Origin: Flavobacteriales bacterium
Lineage (GTDB): Bacteria > Bacteroidota > Bacteroidia > Flavobacteriales > UBA7312
Direction of reading: 5' to 3'
Length of the DNA: 64,000 nucleotides
NCBI GenBank assembly: GCA_049890095.1
Contig: JBMHCD010000003.1
Location: 14,036-78,035, forward strand
Shown here: positions 1 to 11,864 of the stretch, piece after piece
Layout of the letters: each line of letters opens with the position of its first letter
How positions within the stretch are numbered: the stretch's first letter is position 1
Position numbers and translations under genes: made by a program
Notes under the pieces: generated by a model
Told to the model about the DNA's origin: nothing
The model's database searches: none
Seen by the model: the letters and a program-made list of their open reading frames with translations, nothing else

Positions 1-558
1 TCCATTGATAAACAAATCTGCTCCAAAGTAAAGCCCAAAAGAGCCCCCAATTAAAGTTAAAATTGATTTTGTTAATGAAATTGATTCCACTTCTATATCT
101 TCATGAATAAAATTATTATCAGATTTTCTAATTGTATACAATAAAAATAAAGTTAAAAGCACAATAAATACACCTCCAACCCATAATGGAATACCATCTG
201 TAAAAAACATACTCAAAAAAAGTAATACAGAACATAAAATCATGAATGGGTAATTTGTTCTTATTGTGTTGCGATCAGCAATAATAGGGTCGACCATACA
301 TGTTAGAGCTAATACGAGACCTATGTTAGCAATATTTGAACCTATAACATTTCCGAAAGCAATATCCGAATGACCTGAATAAACAGATTCTAAACTTACA
401 AGTAATTCCGGAGCAGAGGTTGCCAGAGAAACAATTGTAACACCAATTACCAACTTAGAAACTTTGAATCTGAATGCTAAATCAATAGAAGAACGAACCA
501 AAAACTCACCTCCAAAAAAGAGCAAAAGAAAACCAAAGATTAAATAAAAATAATCCAT
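1..558 (-). CDS. Calcium/sodium antiporter (YrbG/NCKX family), 3' end runs off the window
   Basis: Not in the ORF track; translated by hand from ATG at 558: MDYFYLIFGFLLLFFGGEFLVRSSIDLAFRFKVSKLVIGVTIVSLATSAPELLVS...AFGNVIGSNIANIGLVL, containing the alpha-1 repeat motifs TSAPE and GNVIGSNIAN. TAATG overlap with the tatA stop. Confidence 0.9.
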   Translation of the reverse strand, partial: MDYFYLIFGFLLLFFGGEFLVRSSIDLAFRFKVSKLVIGVTIVSLATSAPELLVSLESVYSGHSDIAFGNVIGSNIANIGLVLALTCMVDPIIADRNTIRTNYPFMILCSVLLFLSMFFTDGIPLWVGGVFIVLLTLFLLYTIRKSDNNFIHEDIEVESISLTKSILTLIGGSFGLYFGADLFING

Positions 559-782
559 TACTCTGTGATATCTTTTTTAACCTTTTCAACCTCTTTCTTA
601 ACTTCTTCAGAACTCGATTTAATCTCTCTTTTTATCTCGTTAGATGCATCTTTTAACTCACGCAATCCCTTTCCTAAGCCTCTTGCTATTTCAGGAATTT
701 TTTTTGATCCAAAAAGCATTACTATTACTAGGATTACAAAGAAAATTTCTGGACCTCCTATGAAAAAAAAGATACTTATCAT
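558..782 (-). CDS. tatA: Twin-arginine translocase TatA/TatE subunit
   Basis: GGPEIFFVILVIVMLFGSKKIPEIARGLGKGLRELK: TM helix, FG hinge, amphipathic helix. Start placed at ATG 782; the ORF-track extension to 833 overlaps a terminator and a promoter box. Confidence 0.88.
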   Translation of the reverse strand: MISIFFFIGGPEIFFVILVIVMLFGSKKIPEIARGLGKGLRELKDASNEIKREIKSSSEEVKKEVEKVKKDITE

Positions 783-786
783 ACAA

Positions 787-794
787 CAAATATA
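787..794 (-). promoter_or_regulatory. Bacteroidota -7 promoter box (TATATTTG) for tatA
   Basis: Matches TAnnTTTG, 4 nt upstream of ATG 782. Confidence 0.6.
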
Positions 795-818
795 AAAATT
801 AAAAAAAGAGTAATTCAT

Positions 819-850
819 AAAAAAAGGTCTCATTTTTGAGACCTTTTTTT
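819..850. terminator. Intrinsic terminator after secDF
   Basis: A7-GGTCTCA-TTTT-TGAGACC-T7 hairpin just downstream of the secDF stop. Confidence 0.85.
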
Positions 851-870
851 ATTCTATAATTAACAAAAAA

Positions 871-3810
871 TTATTTCTTTTTAAATGATTTTTTAAGCGT
901 ATCCAACATTATTGGGGAAGCTACAAATAAAGAAGAATAAGTACCTACTAAAACTCCAACCATTAAAGCAAACATAAATCCTCGTATCACTTCTCCTCCA
1001 AAAATAAAGATAATCAACAATACAAAAAATGTTGTTAAAGAAGTGTTAATGGTTCTACTTAATGTACTATTTAATGCATCATTAACGAGTGTTGACATTT
1101 CTTTCTTTTTGAACAAACCAAGATGTTCTCTAATTCTATCAAACACAACCACTGTATCATTCAAAGAATATCCAATAATTGTTAAGATAGCCGCAATAAA
1201 TGCCTGATCTATTTCAAGAGAGAAAGGTAAGATTCCATAGAAAACTGAAAAAATAGATAGAACAATCAATACATCATGAAAAACTGCTGCAACTGCTCCC
1301 AAGCTAAACTGCCATTTTCTAAACCTTAGTAATATATATAAAAATATTACTAAAAGAGAGAAAATAATCGACCACAATGCCGCATCTTTGATGTCATCGG
1401 CAATTGTTGGACCAACTTTTTGAGAACTCATTATTTCATATGAACCAAAATTTTCTAGACCTTTCTGAAGTTGATTATCAACTACAACATCTGCGTTAAT
1501 ATCATCACTGTTTATCAAATATTTTGTAGTGATTTTTACTTGATTAACATCACCAAAAGTTTTTACTTCTGGGTACATAACCAAACCATCTTTATCAATA
1601 AATACGTTTCCTAACGAATTTCTCAATTCTTCATTATTGATATTATCATCAAAACGAACTACAAAAGTTCTACCACCAATAAAATCTACCCCAAAATTTA
1701 GTCCTTTTGTAAATAAAGAACCAATTCCCAATAGTATGATTAGAGATGAAATAACATAAAAGATTTTTCTTTTAGAAATAAAGTCGATAGCAGTGTTCTT
1801 AAAGGCTCCTCTCGTAACATTATTATCAAAACTAGTTGTATCTTTTTTGTTTAACCTCCACTGTAAAATTAATCTTGTAATGAAGATAGCCGAAAACAGA
1901 GACGTCAAAATACCGATAACTAACGTTGTAGCAAAACCTTTTATTGGTCCTGTACCGAAAGAATAAAGTATGATACCTGTTAACAAAGTAGTTACATTGG
2001 CATCAATAATCGAACTATATGCTTGTTTATATCCATCAGCAACAGCTAGTTTTATACCTTTTCCATTAGCAAGCTCTTCCCTAATACGTTCATATATAAG
2101 AACATTTGCATCAACAGACATACCAATAGTTAGAACTATACCTGCAATACCTGGCAATGTCAATACAGCTCCAATAGAAGATAATACTCCAAAGACAAAA
2201 AATAGGTTTGCTAATAAAGCTACACTAGATACCATTCCAGCAAAGTTGTAATACAAAATCATGTAAATCAATACTAATACAAGTGCAATCAAAAACGATG
2301 TAAAACCAGCATCAATAGCTTCTTTACCCAAAGATGGACCAACGATAGCTTCTTCAATTATTCTTGCTGGTGCTGGTAGTTTACCTGACTTCAAGATATT
2401 TGCAAGGTCTCCTGCTTCTTCAATTGTAAAATTACCTGTTATTTGTGACCTTCCTCCTGCAATCTCTGCTTGAACAGTTGGGAAAGAATATACCAAATTA
2501 TCTAAAACAATTGCAACGCTTTTACCTATATTCTCTGCTGTCAATCTCTTCCATAATCTAGCTCCTTCAGGATTCATAGTCATAGAAACTTCTGGCGCTC
2601 CGTTAAACTGACCAAAATCTTGTCTTGCATCAGTAACTACATCTCCATCCATTGCTGCCTTACCATCTCTTGAAGTTATTTTTAAAGCTACCAACTGTAC
2701 AAACTTTCCTTCTGGATCATATGGTTTTACTGTCCAAGCGAACTTCACATCTCTTGGTAGTAAATTGACCACTTCATTTGAAGATAAATAATCGTTTATT
2801 TGTGCAGTATCCTTTGTTGCTGCAAAACCGCAAACAGGACCAGGGTTTGGCTGATTTGACTGATTTAAATTTGGTACTAATAAAGCATAAAATGGATTTT
2901 CTACTGCAAACTGTTCGTATGTCAAGGCCGAATCAGATTCATTATCAGACAATAGTTCTGTTAGAGATAAAGAATCCGTCTCTTCCTCTATTGAGTCATC
3001 AATTTGTTCTTGTTCTTTTTCTATTTGCTCTTTTTCTACTTCAGAACGCAAATAAGTATTTATGTCATCTATAGATTGAATAATTTGTGCATACTCATAT
3101 GTTTCCCAAAATTCTAATTGAGCTGTTCCTTGAAGTAATTTCCTAACTCTTTCCGGATCCTTAACACCTGGCAATTCAACAATAATTCTTCCAGAGCCAT
3201 CTAATCTTTGAATATTTGGCTGTGAAACTCCAAACCTATCTATTCTAGATCTAAGAATGTTAAAAGAACGATCTATTGCATCTTCTACTTCTGCTCTTAT
3301 GACAGATAGCACTTCTTGATTGGTTGAGTTTGTGAAAACTTTATCTTTTAAATCTGGAGTATAAAAAATAGCTGCCAATTTTCCGTCTGGATTCACCTCA
3401 GCAAAAGAAGTTCCGAATAAAGTTACAAAATCGTCTTGACTATTTTTTTGCTTTTCAAGAGCTAGATCTATTGCGTTTACAAAATCTTGATCTTTACTGT
3501 AGTTTGACATTGCACGAATAACATCCACTATTGATACCTCAAGAGTTACATTCATTCCACCTTTAAGGTCAAGCCCTAAGTTTATTTCGTTTGATTTACA
3601 TTCGTCATAGGTATAACCTTTAACACCAATGCTAAAGACCTCTTCGCTACCTATTGAATCTAGGTATAATTTTTCTTTTAACTCATCTCCAGCTGCATAA
3701 ATCACAGCATCTTCTTCAACATTTGAAGCTATCCAAGTAAAGGAAAGTTGATACAAACAAACAGCCGAAAATAGAACGGCAAATAGTGAAACAAAAGTTT
3801 TATTTTGCAT
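871..3810 (-). CDS. secDF: Fused protein translocase subunit SecDF
   Basis: LGLDLKGG, RIDRFGVSQPNIQ, IVELPG, GMSVDANVLIYERIREE, FGVDFIGG, GYSLNDTVVVFDRIRE; 979 aa. Confidence 0.97.
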   Translation of the reverse strand: MQNKTFVSLFAVLFSAVCLYQLSFTWIASNVEEDAVIYAAGDELKEKLYLDSIGSEEVFSIGVKGYTYDECKSNEINLGLDLKGGMNVTLEVSIVDVIRAMSNYSKDQDFVNAIDLALEKQKNSQDDFVTLFGTSFAEVNPDGKLAAIFYTPDLKDKVFTNSTNQEVLSVIRAEVEDAIDRSFNILRSRIDRFGVSQPNIQRLDGSGRIIVELPGVKDPERVRKLLQGTAQLEFWETYEYAQIIQSIDDINTYLRSEVEKEQIEKEQEQIDDSIEEETDSLSLTELLSDNESDSALTYEQFAVENPFYALLVPNLNQSNQPNPGPVCGFAATKDTAQINDYLSSNEVVNLLPRDVKFAWTVKPYDPEGKFVQLVALKITSRDGKAAMDGDVVTDARQDFGQFNGAPEVSMTMNPEGARLWKRLTAENIGKSVAIVLDNLVYSFPTVQAEIAGGRSQITGNFTIEEAGDLANILKSGKLPAPARIIEEAIVGPSLGKEAIDAGFTSFLIALVLVLIYMILYYNFAGMVSSVALLANLFFVFGVLSSIGAVLTLPGIAGIVLTIGMSVDANVLIYERIREELANGKGIKLAVADGYKQAYSSIIDANVTTLLTGIILYSFGTGPIKGFATTLVIGILTSLFSAIFITRLILQWRLNKKDTTSFDNNVTRGAFKNTAIDFISKRKIFYVISSLIILLGIGSLFTKGLNFGVDFIGGRTFVVRFDDNINNEELRNSLGNVFIDKDGLVMYPEVKTFGDVNQVKITTKYLINSDDINADVVVDNQLQKGLENFGSYEIMSSQKVGPTIADDIKDAALWSIIFSLLVIFLYILLRFRKWQFSLGAVAAVFHDVLIVLSIFSVFYGILPFSLEIDQAFIAAILTIIGYSLNDTVVVFDRIREHLGLFKKKEMSTLVNDALNSTLSRTINTSLTTFFVLLIIFIFGGEVIRGFMFALMVGVLVGTYSSLFVASPIMLDTLKKSFKKK

Positions 3811-3833
3811 AATTATCTTTAATTTAGAATCGG

Positions 3834-3841
3834 CAAATATA
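3834..3841 (-). promoter_or_regulatory. -7 promoter box (TATATTTG) for secDF
   Basis: TAnnTTTG match 23 nt upstream of the ATG. Confidence 0.6.
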
Positions 3842-3940
3842 GAATTTCAAATTATAATAAACAATTTTAAAATTTATAGTCCGAAATAAAAAAAATTGTC
3901 ATTACAAATAAAGAATGAAAGCATCTTTATTTAACTACTT

Positions 3941-3956
3941 TAAATTTGTAAATTTG
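3941..3956 (+). promoter_or_regulatory. Tandem -7 promoter boxes TAAATTTG-TAAATTTG
   Basis: Two adjacent TAnnTTTG copies; the second ends 5 nt before ATG 3962. Confidence 0.55.
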
Positions 3957-3961
3957 AGGCA

Positions 3962-6148
3962 ATGAAAGTTTTGTTTTTAAGTTTATTTTTATTGTGTTTT
4001 AACTTTGCAAAAGCACAATTCTTAAATCGAGAAAATTTAACTATTGCTGAAGAAGGAAATATTTATTTAAATCCATTCACAGGTGGATTAAATTCGTGTC
4101 AATTTTCAGAATTAGATATAAATTTAGACGGAATAAAAGATTTATTAGTTTTTGACAGAACTGGAAATAGAATTTTACCATTTATTAAATCTTTGGATGG
4201 AAATCAAACTAATTATATTTATAATCCAATATATATTGATAATTTTCCTGATCTTGAAAGCTGGGTGATAATGGCAGATTTTAACTGTGATGGTAAAGAA
4301 GACATTTTCACATACAATCAAACTTATGCCAAAGTATTTCTGAACAAATCTACAAATGACAGCTTAATCTTTGAAGTGGCTAAAGAAGCATTGAGTTCTG
4401 ATTATGGATCCATTACCAAAACAATATATATTTCTTCAGAAGATATTCCAGCCATCGTAGATGTTGATTCCGACGGAGATTTAGATATTCTAACCTTTCA
4501 ACAAAGTGGAGGACACATAGAATATCACAAGAATCAAAGTCTTGAATTTTATGGCACATGTGATAGTTTAATTTTTGAATTAGAAACTAACTGTTGGGGA
4601 AATTTTTTTGAAGGATTGAATACTTATGATTTTGAAAATTGTGAAAACGAACAAAGCATATTTCCATTATACCATCAAAGAAGTTCATCACATGCAGGTT
4701 CGTCAATTTTAGCTATAGATATTGATGGCGATTTAGACAAAGATCTAGTTTTAGGAGATGTTTCTTTTAATAACTTAAATCTATTAATTAATGGAGGTAC
4801 TATTTTGGAAGCAAATATGAATTCAGTAAATCAAGACTTTCCAGTGGGATTAAATACCGATGTAAGTGGCGAAACCAATTCTTTCCCATCCTCATTTTAT
4901 GTAGACGTTAATAATGATGGAAATCGAGATTTAATAATTACACCTAACATAGCTAATAATGCTGAAAATTTCGAAAGTATAAAATTATATCTCAATACAA
5001 ACTCGGATGAAGAACCCTTATTTGAATTTACAACAAATGATTTTTTACAAAATACAACTATAGATTTTGGTTCTGGTGCATATCCGTGTGTAATTGATTA
5101 TAATAATGATGGACTTAAAGACTTATTAGTTGGAAATTTTGGTTATTTCTCTGAGGGAGACCAAATCAGTCAGTTAGCATTATTCAAAAATATAGGCTCA
5201 CAAAATCAGCCTATTTTTGAAATAATTGATAGAGACTTTTCTAATATTTCACAAATCCCCTTAAATACAACTTTAAATATTGCTGCATCTGGACTTTTTC
5301 CTACTGTTGGGGATTTGGATAATGATGGAGATTTAGACTTGATAGTTGGCGACTCTAACGGAAAGCTTCATTTTTTTAAAAATAATGAAAATGAAAATAA
5401 TGAAGCATATTTCAATTTAGAATCTATCAACTTTTTTGATATAGATATAGGTCAATCGGCTGCTCCTTTTTTATTTGATATAAATGATGATCAATTATTG
5501 GACTTAATCATTGGTAAAGTGAATGGCACTCTTTCTATTGCTATAAATCATGGTGATTTACAAACACCAATTTTTGATGAATTAATAGATAATGCAGGAA
5601 ACGTAAACGTTTCCAATGACTTAGGCACCTATGGATTTAGCAAACCATTTTTGTTCAGTGAAAATGGTAGTATAAAAATGTTAGTTGCAAGCGAAAGTGG
5701 ATATATATATCTGTATGATAATATTAGCAATAACTATGATGGCACATACAATCTAGTAAACACCAAATTTCAAAATATCAAAGATGGGATTAAGAGTAGT
5801 ATCGTCTATGAAGATTTTGATAATGACGGTAAAAGAGACATGTTTCTAGGAAACGAGAGTGGTGGTCTTGTCTATTTTATCAATAATGAAATTTCGAACG
5901 GCTCATTTAGCCAAGAGTACAATCCAATAAAAGTTAGTATATTTCCAAATCCAAACAATGGGGTATTTACCATTGAAACATCAGAAGAAACTAAAATTAT
6001 GATTTTTAACTTAATTGGTGAAAAGTTACAATCATCTTTTATATCTCAATCGACCGTTTTTGATTTTTCCTATCTTCAAAAAGGAACTTACCTAATAAAA
6101 ACAAGCACTGTTAATTATTCTAAAACTTTTAAAATAATTATAAACTAA
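3962..6148 (+). CDS. FG-GAP/VCBS-repeat beta-propeller protein with T9SS type A C-terminal sorting domain
   Basis: Signal peptide (AKA-Q); about nine DxN/DxDGxxD repeats (DINLDGIKD, DFNCDGKED, DVDSDGDLD, DVNNDGNRD, DYNNDGLKD, DLDNDGDLD, DFDNDGKRD); C-terminal IFPNPNNG...LQKGTYLIK...FKIIIN. Confidence 0.88.
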   Translation: MKVLFLSLFLLCFNFAKAQFLNRENLTIAEEGNIYLNPFTGGLNSCQFSELDINLDGIKDLLVFDRTGNRILPFIKSLDGNQTNYIYNPIYIDNFPDLESWVIMADFNCDGKEDIFTYNQTYAKVFLNKSTNDSLIFEVAKEALSSDYGSITKTIYISSEDIPAIVDVDSDGDLDILTFQQSGGHIEYHKNQSLEFYGTCDSLIFELETNCWGNFFEGLNTYDFENCENEQSIFPLYHQRSSSHAGSSILAIDIDGDLDKDLVLGDVSFNNLNLLINGGTILEANMNSVNQDFPVGLNTDVSGETNSFPSSFYVDVNNDGNRDLIITPNIANNAENFESIKLYLNTNSDEEPLFEFTTNDFLQNTTIDFGSGAYPCVIDYNNDGLKDLLVGNFGYFSEGDQISQLALFKNIGSQNQPIFEIIDRDFSNISQIPLNTTLNIAASGLFPTVGDLDNDGDLDLIVGDSNGKLHFFKNNENENNEAYFNLESINFFDIDIGQSAAPFLFDINDDQLLDLIIGKVNGTLSIAINHGDLQTPIFDELIDNAGNVNVSNDLGTYGFSKPFLFSENGSIKMLVASESGYIYLYDNISNNYDGTYNLVNTKFQNIKDGIKSSIVYEDFDNDGKRDMFLGNESGGLVYFINNEISNGSFSQEYNPIKVSIFPNPNNGVFTIETSEETKIMIFNLIGEKLQSSFISQSTVFDFSYLQKGTYLIKTSTVNYSKTFKIIIN

Positions 6149-6173
6149 AAAAGAGAGCTTATGCTCTCTTTTT
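6147..6173. terminator. Bidirectional intrinsic terminator
   Basis: AAAAAAGAGAGC-TTAT-GCTCTCTTTTT between the convergent FG-GAP gene and mdh. Confidence 0.85.
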
Positions 6174-6200
6174 AAATAAGTTATAAATTATTTTAGACGA

Positions 6201-7139
6201 TTAAAATAAATTTAAATCAATCAACATTTCATTAGTTTTTTTAACAGCTTCTGCTGAAGAGTTAAGTTGAGATTTTTCCTCCTCATTAAGTTCAATTTCA
6301 ACAATTTTCTCCACACCATTTTTTCCCAAAATAACAGGAACTCCAATAGTTAAATCTGACAAACCATACTCTCCGTTAAGCATCACAGAACACGGGAACA
6401 TTTTTCCCTGATCACAAGCTATTGAATGTACTAATGACGATACCGCAGCCCCTGGTGCATACCAAGCAGAAGTTCCTAGCATAGAAGTTAATGTTGCTCC
6501 ACCAACCTTTGTATCTTGTTTAACTTGCTCCAATCTTTCATCAGATAAAAAAGCAGAAACACGCACACTATTTCTTGTTGCTAATCTTGTTAATGGAACC
6601 ATACCCTTGTCACTATGACCTCCAATAACCATAGCAGAAACATCGGAAGATGGACAATCTAAAGCCTCACTAAGCCTATATTTAAATCTAGCACTATCAA
6701 GTGCCCCACCCATTCCAATAATTCTATTTTTAGGAAGACCTGTTGCTTTATGAGCTAAATAAGTCATTGTATCCATTGGATTACTTACTATAATCAATAT
6801 TACATTAGGAGAATGTTTTATTAGATTTTCGGAAACCGTTTTTACTATCCCTGCATTTATACCAATTAATTCTTCTCTTGTCATTCCTGGCTTTCTAGGA
6901 ATTCCGCTAGTAATTACAGCAATGTCGCTACCTGCTGTTTTTGAATAATCATTAGTACTACCAATTATTTTAGTATCAAAACCATTTAAAGAAGCTGTTT
7001 GCATAAGGTCCATAGCTTTACCTTCAGCAAAATTTTCTTTTATATCAACCAAAACTACTTCTGATGCGAAATTTTTGATTGCTATGTATTCTGCACAACT
7101 TGCACCTACAGCTCCAGCGCCAACAACAGTAACTTTCAT
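6201..7139 (-). CDS. mdh: Malate dehydrogenase (LDH-like type)
   Basis: MKVTVVGAGAVG Rossmann motif, TSGIPRKPGMTREEL substrate loop, VSNPMD, GGHSD; start at ATG 7139. Confidence 0.95.
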   Translation of the reverse strand: MKVTVVGAGAVGASCAEYIAIKNFASEVVLVDIKENFAEGKAMDLMQTASLNGFDTKIIGSTNDYSKTAGSDIAVITSGIPRKPGMTREELIGINAGIVKTVSENLIKHSPNVILIIVSNPMDTMTYLAHKATGLPKNRIIGMGGALDSARFKYRLSEALDCPSSDVSAMVIGGHSDKGMVPLTRLATRNSVRVSAFLSDERLEQVKQDTKVGGATLTSMLGTSAWYAPGAAVSSLVHSIACDQGKMFPCSVMLNGEYGLSDLTIGVPVILGKNGVEKIVEIELNEEEKSQLNSSAEAVKKTNEMLIDLNLF

Positions 7140-7166
7140 ATTTTTTGTTTTTAAATTAAATTTTTG

Positions 7167-7174
7167 CAAAACTA
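7167..7174 (-). promoter_or_regulatory. -7 promoter box (TAGTTTTG) for mdh
   Basis: TAnnTTTG match 27 nt upstream of ATG 7139. Confidence 0.5.
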
Positions 7175-7291
7175 ATCAAAAAATCTTTTTAAAAGATAAT
7201 TTAACGCTAGCTTTACCTAGATTCAAAGTATCATTATAGATTTAGGAAAATTATTCGTATATTTATAGGCTTAACTTTACATGCCTTAACA

Positions 7292-9757
7292 ATGAGAATC
7301 GTATCGATTTTATTTTTATCATTATACACATCTTTTGTGCTCGCTCAAATTGATGCTGGCGATGATATTACTATTTGCGAACTTGGACCGGTAAACCTTT
7401 CGGCAGATTACACTCCTACTAGTGTTGGAACTAATGATTATACCATTGAATCTATCCCCATAAATACCGACCCTTATGATGGCACAACGATACCAAATCT
7501 TACTGATGATTCATTTACGGATATAATCAACATTGGATTTAATTTTTGTTTTTATGGAAATGTTTATGATCAATTCATCATTTCTACAAATAACTATATT
7601 TGCTTTGATCTTACTGATGCTTTAGGATATTCTCCATGGAACACCGAGGTGATTCCAACTGGTGGAGATATATTCAATAGTATAATGGGGCCATGGATGG
7701 ATCTTAACCCATCCAACGGTGGCAACCTTAAATATCAAGTTTTGGGTGTTGCACCAAATAGAAGAATGGTGGTTTCCTTTGAAGACTTTGGTTACTTTAG
7801 CTGTGGAAATCTTCAATTTAACGGACAAATCAAGATATTTGAAACTACTAATGTGATAGAAATTCACGTTGAAGAATTACCTTTATGTGCTAATTGGAAT
7901 AACGGAGAATCAGTACTCGGTATAATTAATGAAGATGAAACTCAATTTGTTATCGCAGCAGGATGGAATAACACTCAACAAACACAAAACAATATTGCAT
8001 TTAGATTTACACCTTCTGGTGCAACTGGAGCAAATGTAGAGTGGTTCGATGATCTTGGGGCATCAGTTGGAATTGGTACAGATATTGTTGTAAATCCAAC
8101 ATCAACTACAACCTATACTGTTGTAGCAGAAGAATGTCCTGATAATTTTACAGATCAAATAACTGTTAGTGTTTCTACAGATATCACTGCAAATCCAGTT
8201 ATTGATGATAATATTTGTCCTGGCGAAGAAGCTGCAAGCATAGAAATCAATCCTGTTGGCGGAACAGCTCCACTACAGTTTTCTTGGACATCTTCCAATG
8301 GCTTTTCCTCAAATAACGAGGATATATACAATTTGCCTGCAGGAAATTATAATTTAACTATTACTGATGCATTAGGATGTCAAAGTTTTGCAGGACCATA
8401 TTCAATTTCGGCTCCTCCTCTGCCTATTCAAGTTAGTAATCAAATAATTCCTGTTAGTTGTTTTGGATTTAGCGATGGTCAGGTTAACATTACACCAAAC
8501 GGAGGAACTGCTCCTTACAGCTATTCATGGTCGGGTCCTGGTAGCATTACTGGCGATGGAACTAATATGATTTCAAATTTGATAACTGGTAATTATTCCG
8601 TGATAATTACTGATGATAATGGATGTATTTTCAATACCTCATTTTTTGTTGACGAAAACTCTTCCTTATCTATTAATACAAACTTATCCGATTATAATGG
8701 ATTTAATGTGAGATGTTACGAAGGTACAGATGCTTGGATAGCTACAGAAGTAACAGGAGGAATGATGCCTTATGAATACCAATGGACTGATGAAAATAAT
8801 ATTCTTATTTCAAATAATCCAGATCTTTATCAGGTTGGTGCAGGTAACTATCAACTAACTGTTACAGATGCTGAAGATTGTCCTAATGTTCTTAATTTTA
8901 ATCTTACAGAGCCTGACTCTGTATCTATTGATGTGTCCAATTATGGTCATGAAAGCTGTACCTATAACAACGACGGATTTTTACAAGTTGAAGGATGGGG
9001 AGGACCAGACCTACCAGTATATTCTCAAAATTATTTTGACCTAAAATATGAATGGACTGGACCGAATTCCTTTTACTCAACTGAAAAAGATATTGAAAAC
9101 TTAAAATGTGGTATCTACACAATAAAAGTTGAAGATATTAATAATTGTACCAATATTCTTGAATTTGAGATTATTGAAAATGAGGAGGTAATAGCAGATT
9201 ACAGAACCATGGACGACACTGTAACCATCAACTACCCGATTATTAATATTTTTGACAATTCACAAGCAAATATTGTAGATTGGTATTGGGAATTGAGCAA
9301 TGGGTTTTATTCCACCACAAAAGATATTATTGGACTTGACTTAACAGCAAATCTTTATGAAGTAGGGAGTATTGATTACGATTTAACACTAATAGTAACT
9401 GATGAATTTGGTTGTTCGGATACTACTACTGGTATAATATCTATAAAAGACGAACATACCATGTATGTTCCTAATGCATTTACTCCTGATCTTGACGGAT
9501 GGAATGATGTCTTTAAAATAGATTTTCACGCTATTGATGAAGAATCATTTAGATTAGATATTTTCGATAGACTAGGGGCAGTGATTTTCTCAACAACAGA
9601 TCCATATTTTGAATGGGATGGCAAACATCAAAATTCTGGCAAAGAACTTATAACAGGAGTTTATTCTTTCAATCTTTCTTATAAAGATTTTGAAGGAAGA
9701 GTCTATGATTTCACAAATTGCTATAATTGCATGGGCACAATCTCATTAATTAGATAA
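7292..9757 (+). CDS. SprB-repeat surface protein with gliding-motility/T9SS type B C-terminal domain
   Basis: Signal peptide; repeats such as PVSCFGFSDGQVNITPNGGTAPYSYSW and VRCYEGTDAWIATEVTGGMMPYEYQW; C-terminal YVPNAFTPDLDGWNDVF...IFDRLG...WDG...GVYSF...GTISLIR. Confidence 0.85.
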   Translation: MRIVSILFLSLYTSFVLAQIDAGDDITICELGPVNLSADYTPTSVGTNDYTIESIPINTDPYDGTTIPNLTDDSFTDIINIGFNFCFYGNVYDQFIISTNNYICFDLTDALGYSPWNTEVIPTGGDIFNSIMGPWMDLNPSNGGNLKYQVLGVAPNRRMVVSFEDFGYFSCGNLQFNGQIKIFETTNVIEIHVEELPLCANWNNGESVLGIINEDETQFVIAAGWNNTQQTQNNIAFRFTPSGATGANVEWFDDLGASVGIGTDIVVNPTSTTTYTVVAEECPDNFTDQITVSVSTDITANPVIDDNICPGEEAASIEINPVGGTAPLQFSWTSSNGFSSNNEDIYNLPAGNYNLTITDALGCQSFAGPYSISAPPLPIQVSNQIIPVSCFGFSDGQVNITPNGGTAPYSYSWSGPGSITGDGTNMISNLITGNYSVIITDDNGCIFNTSFFVDENSSLSINTNLSDYNGFNVRCYEGTDAWIATEVTGGMMPYEYQWTDENNILISNNPDLYQVGAGNYQLTVTDAEDCPNVLNFNLTEPDSVSIDVSNYGHESCTYNNDGFLQVEGWGGPDLPVYSQNYFDLKYEWTGPNSFYSTEKDIENLKCGIYTIKVEDINNCTNILEFEIIENEEVIADYRTMDDTVTINYPIINIFDNSQANIVDWYWELSNGFYSTTKDIIGLDLTANLYEVGSIDYDLTLIVTDEFGCSDTTTGIISIKDEHTMYVPNAFTPDLDGWNDVFKIDFHAIDEESFRLDIFDRLGAVIFSTTDPYFEWDGKHQNSGKELITGVYSFNLSYKDFEGRVYDFTNCYNCMGTISLIR

Positions 9758-9787
9758 AAAAAAAGACCTCAATTGAGGTCTTTTTTT
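9756..9787. terminator. Bidirectional intrinsic terminator
   Basis: A-tract-GACCTC-AATT-GAGGTC-T7 between the convergent SprB-like gene and gyrB. Confidence 0.85.
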
Positions 9788-9806
9788 AATAAAGAATTTA
9801 CATTTT

Positions 9807-11750
<1,944 letters not shown>

Positions 11751-11785
11751 TTATTAGTTTTTTAAGTTCAATTACTAGATTACAA

Positions 11786-11793
11786 CAAATATA
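11786..11793 (-). promoter_or_regulatory. -7 promoter box (TATATTTG) for gyrB
   Basis: TAnnTTTG match 41 nt upstream of the ATG. Confidence 0.55.
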
Positions 11794-11864
11794 AAAAAAG
11801 GGATTAGAAATGAACTAAAACGACAAAAAAATAACGGCTTACTTATTAACAAAAAGTTGATAAA

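Noticed and set aside
3962-9757. Possible DNA repeat arrays or CRISPR
   Set aside because: The periodicity is protein-level (FG-GAP and SprB repeats) with diverged DNA; no direct-repeat/spacer array or cas gene seen in the window.
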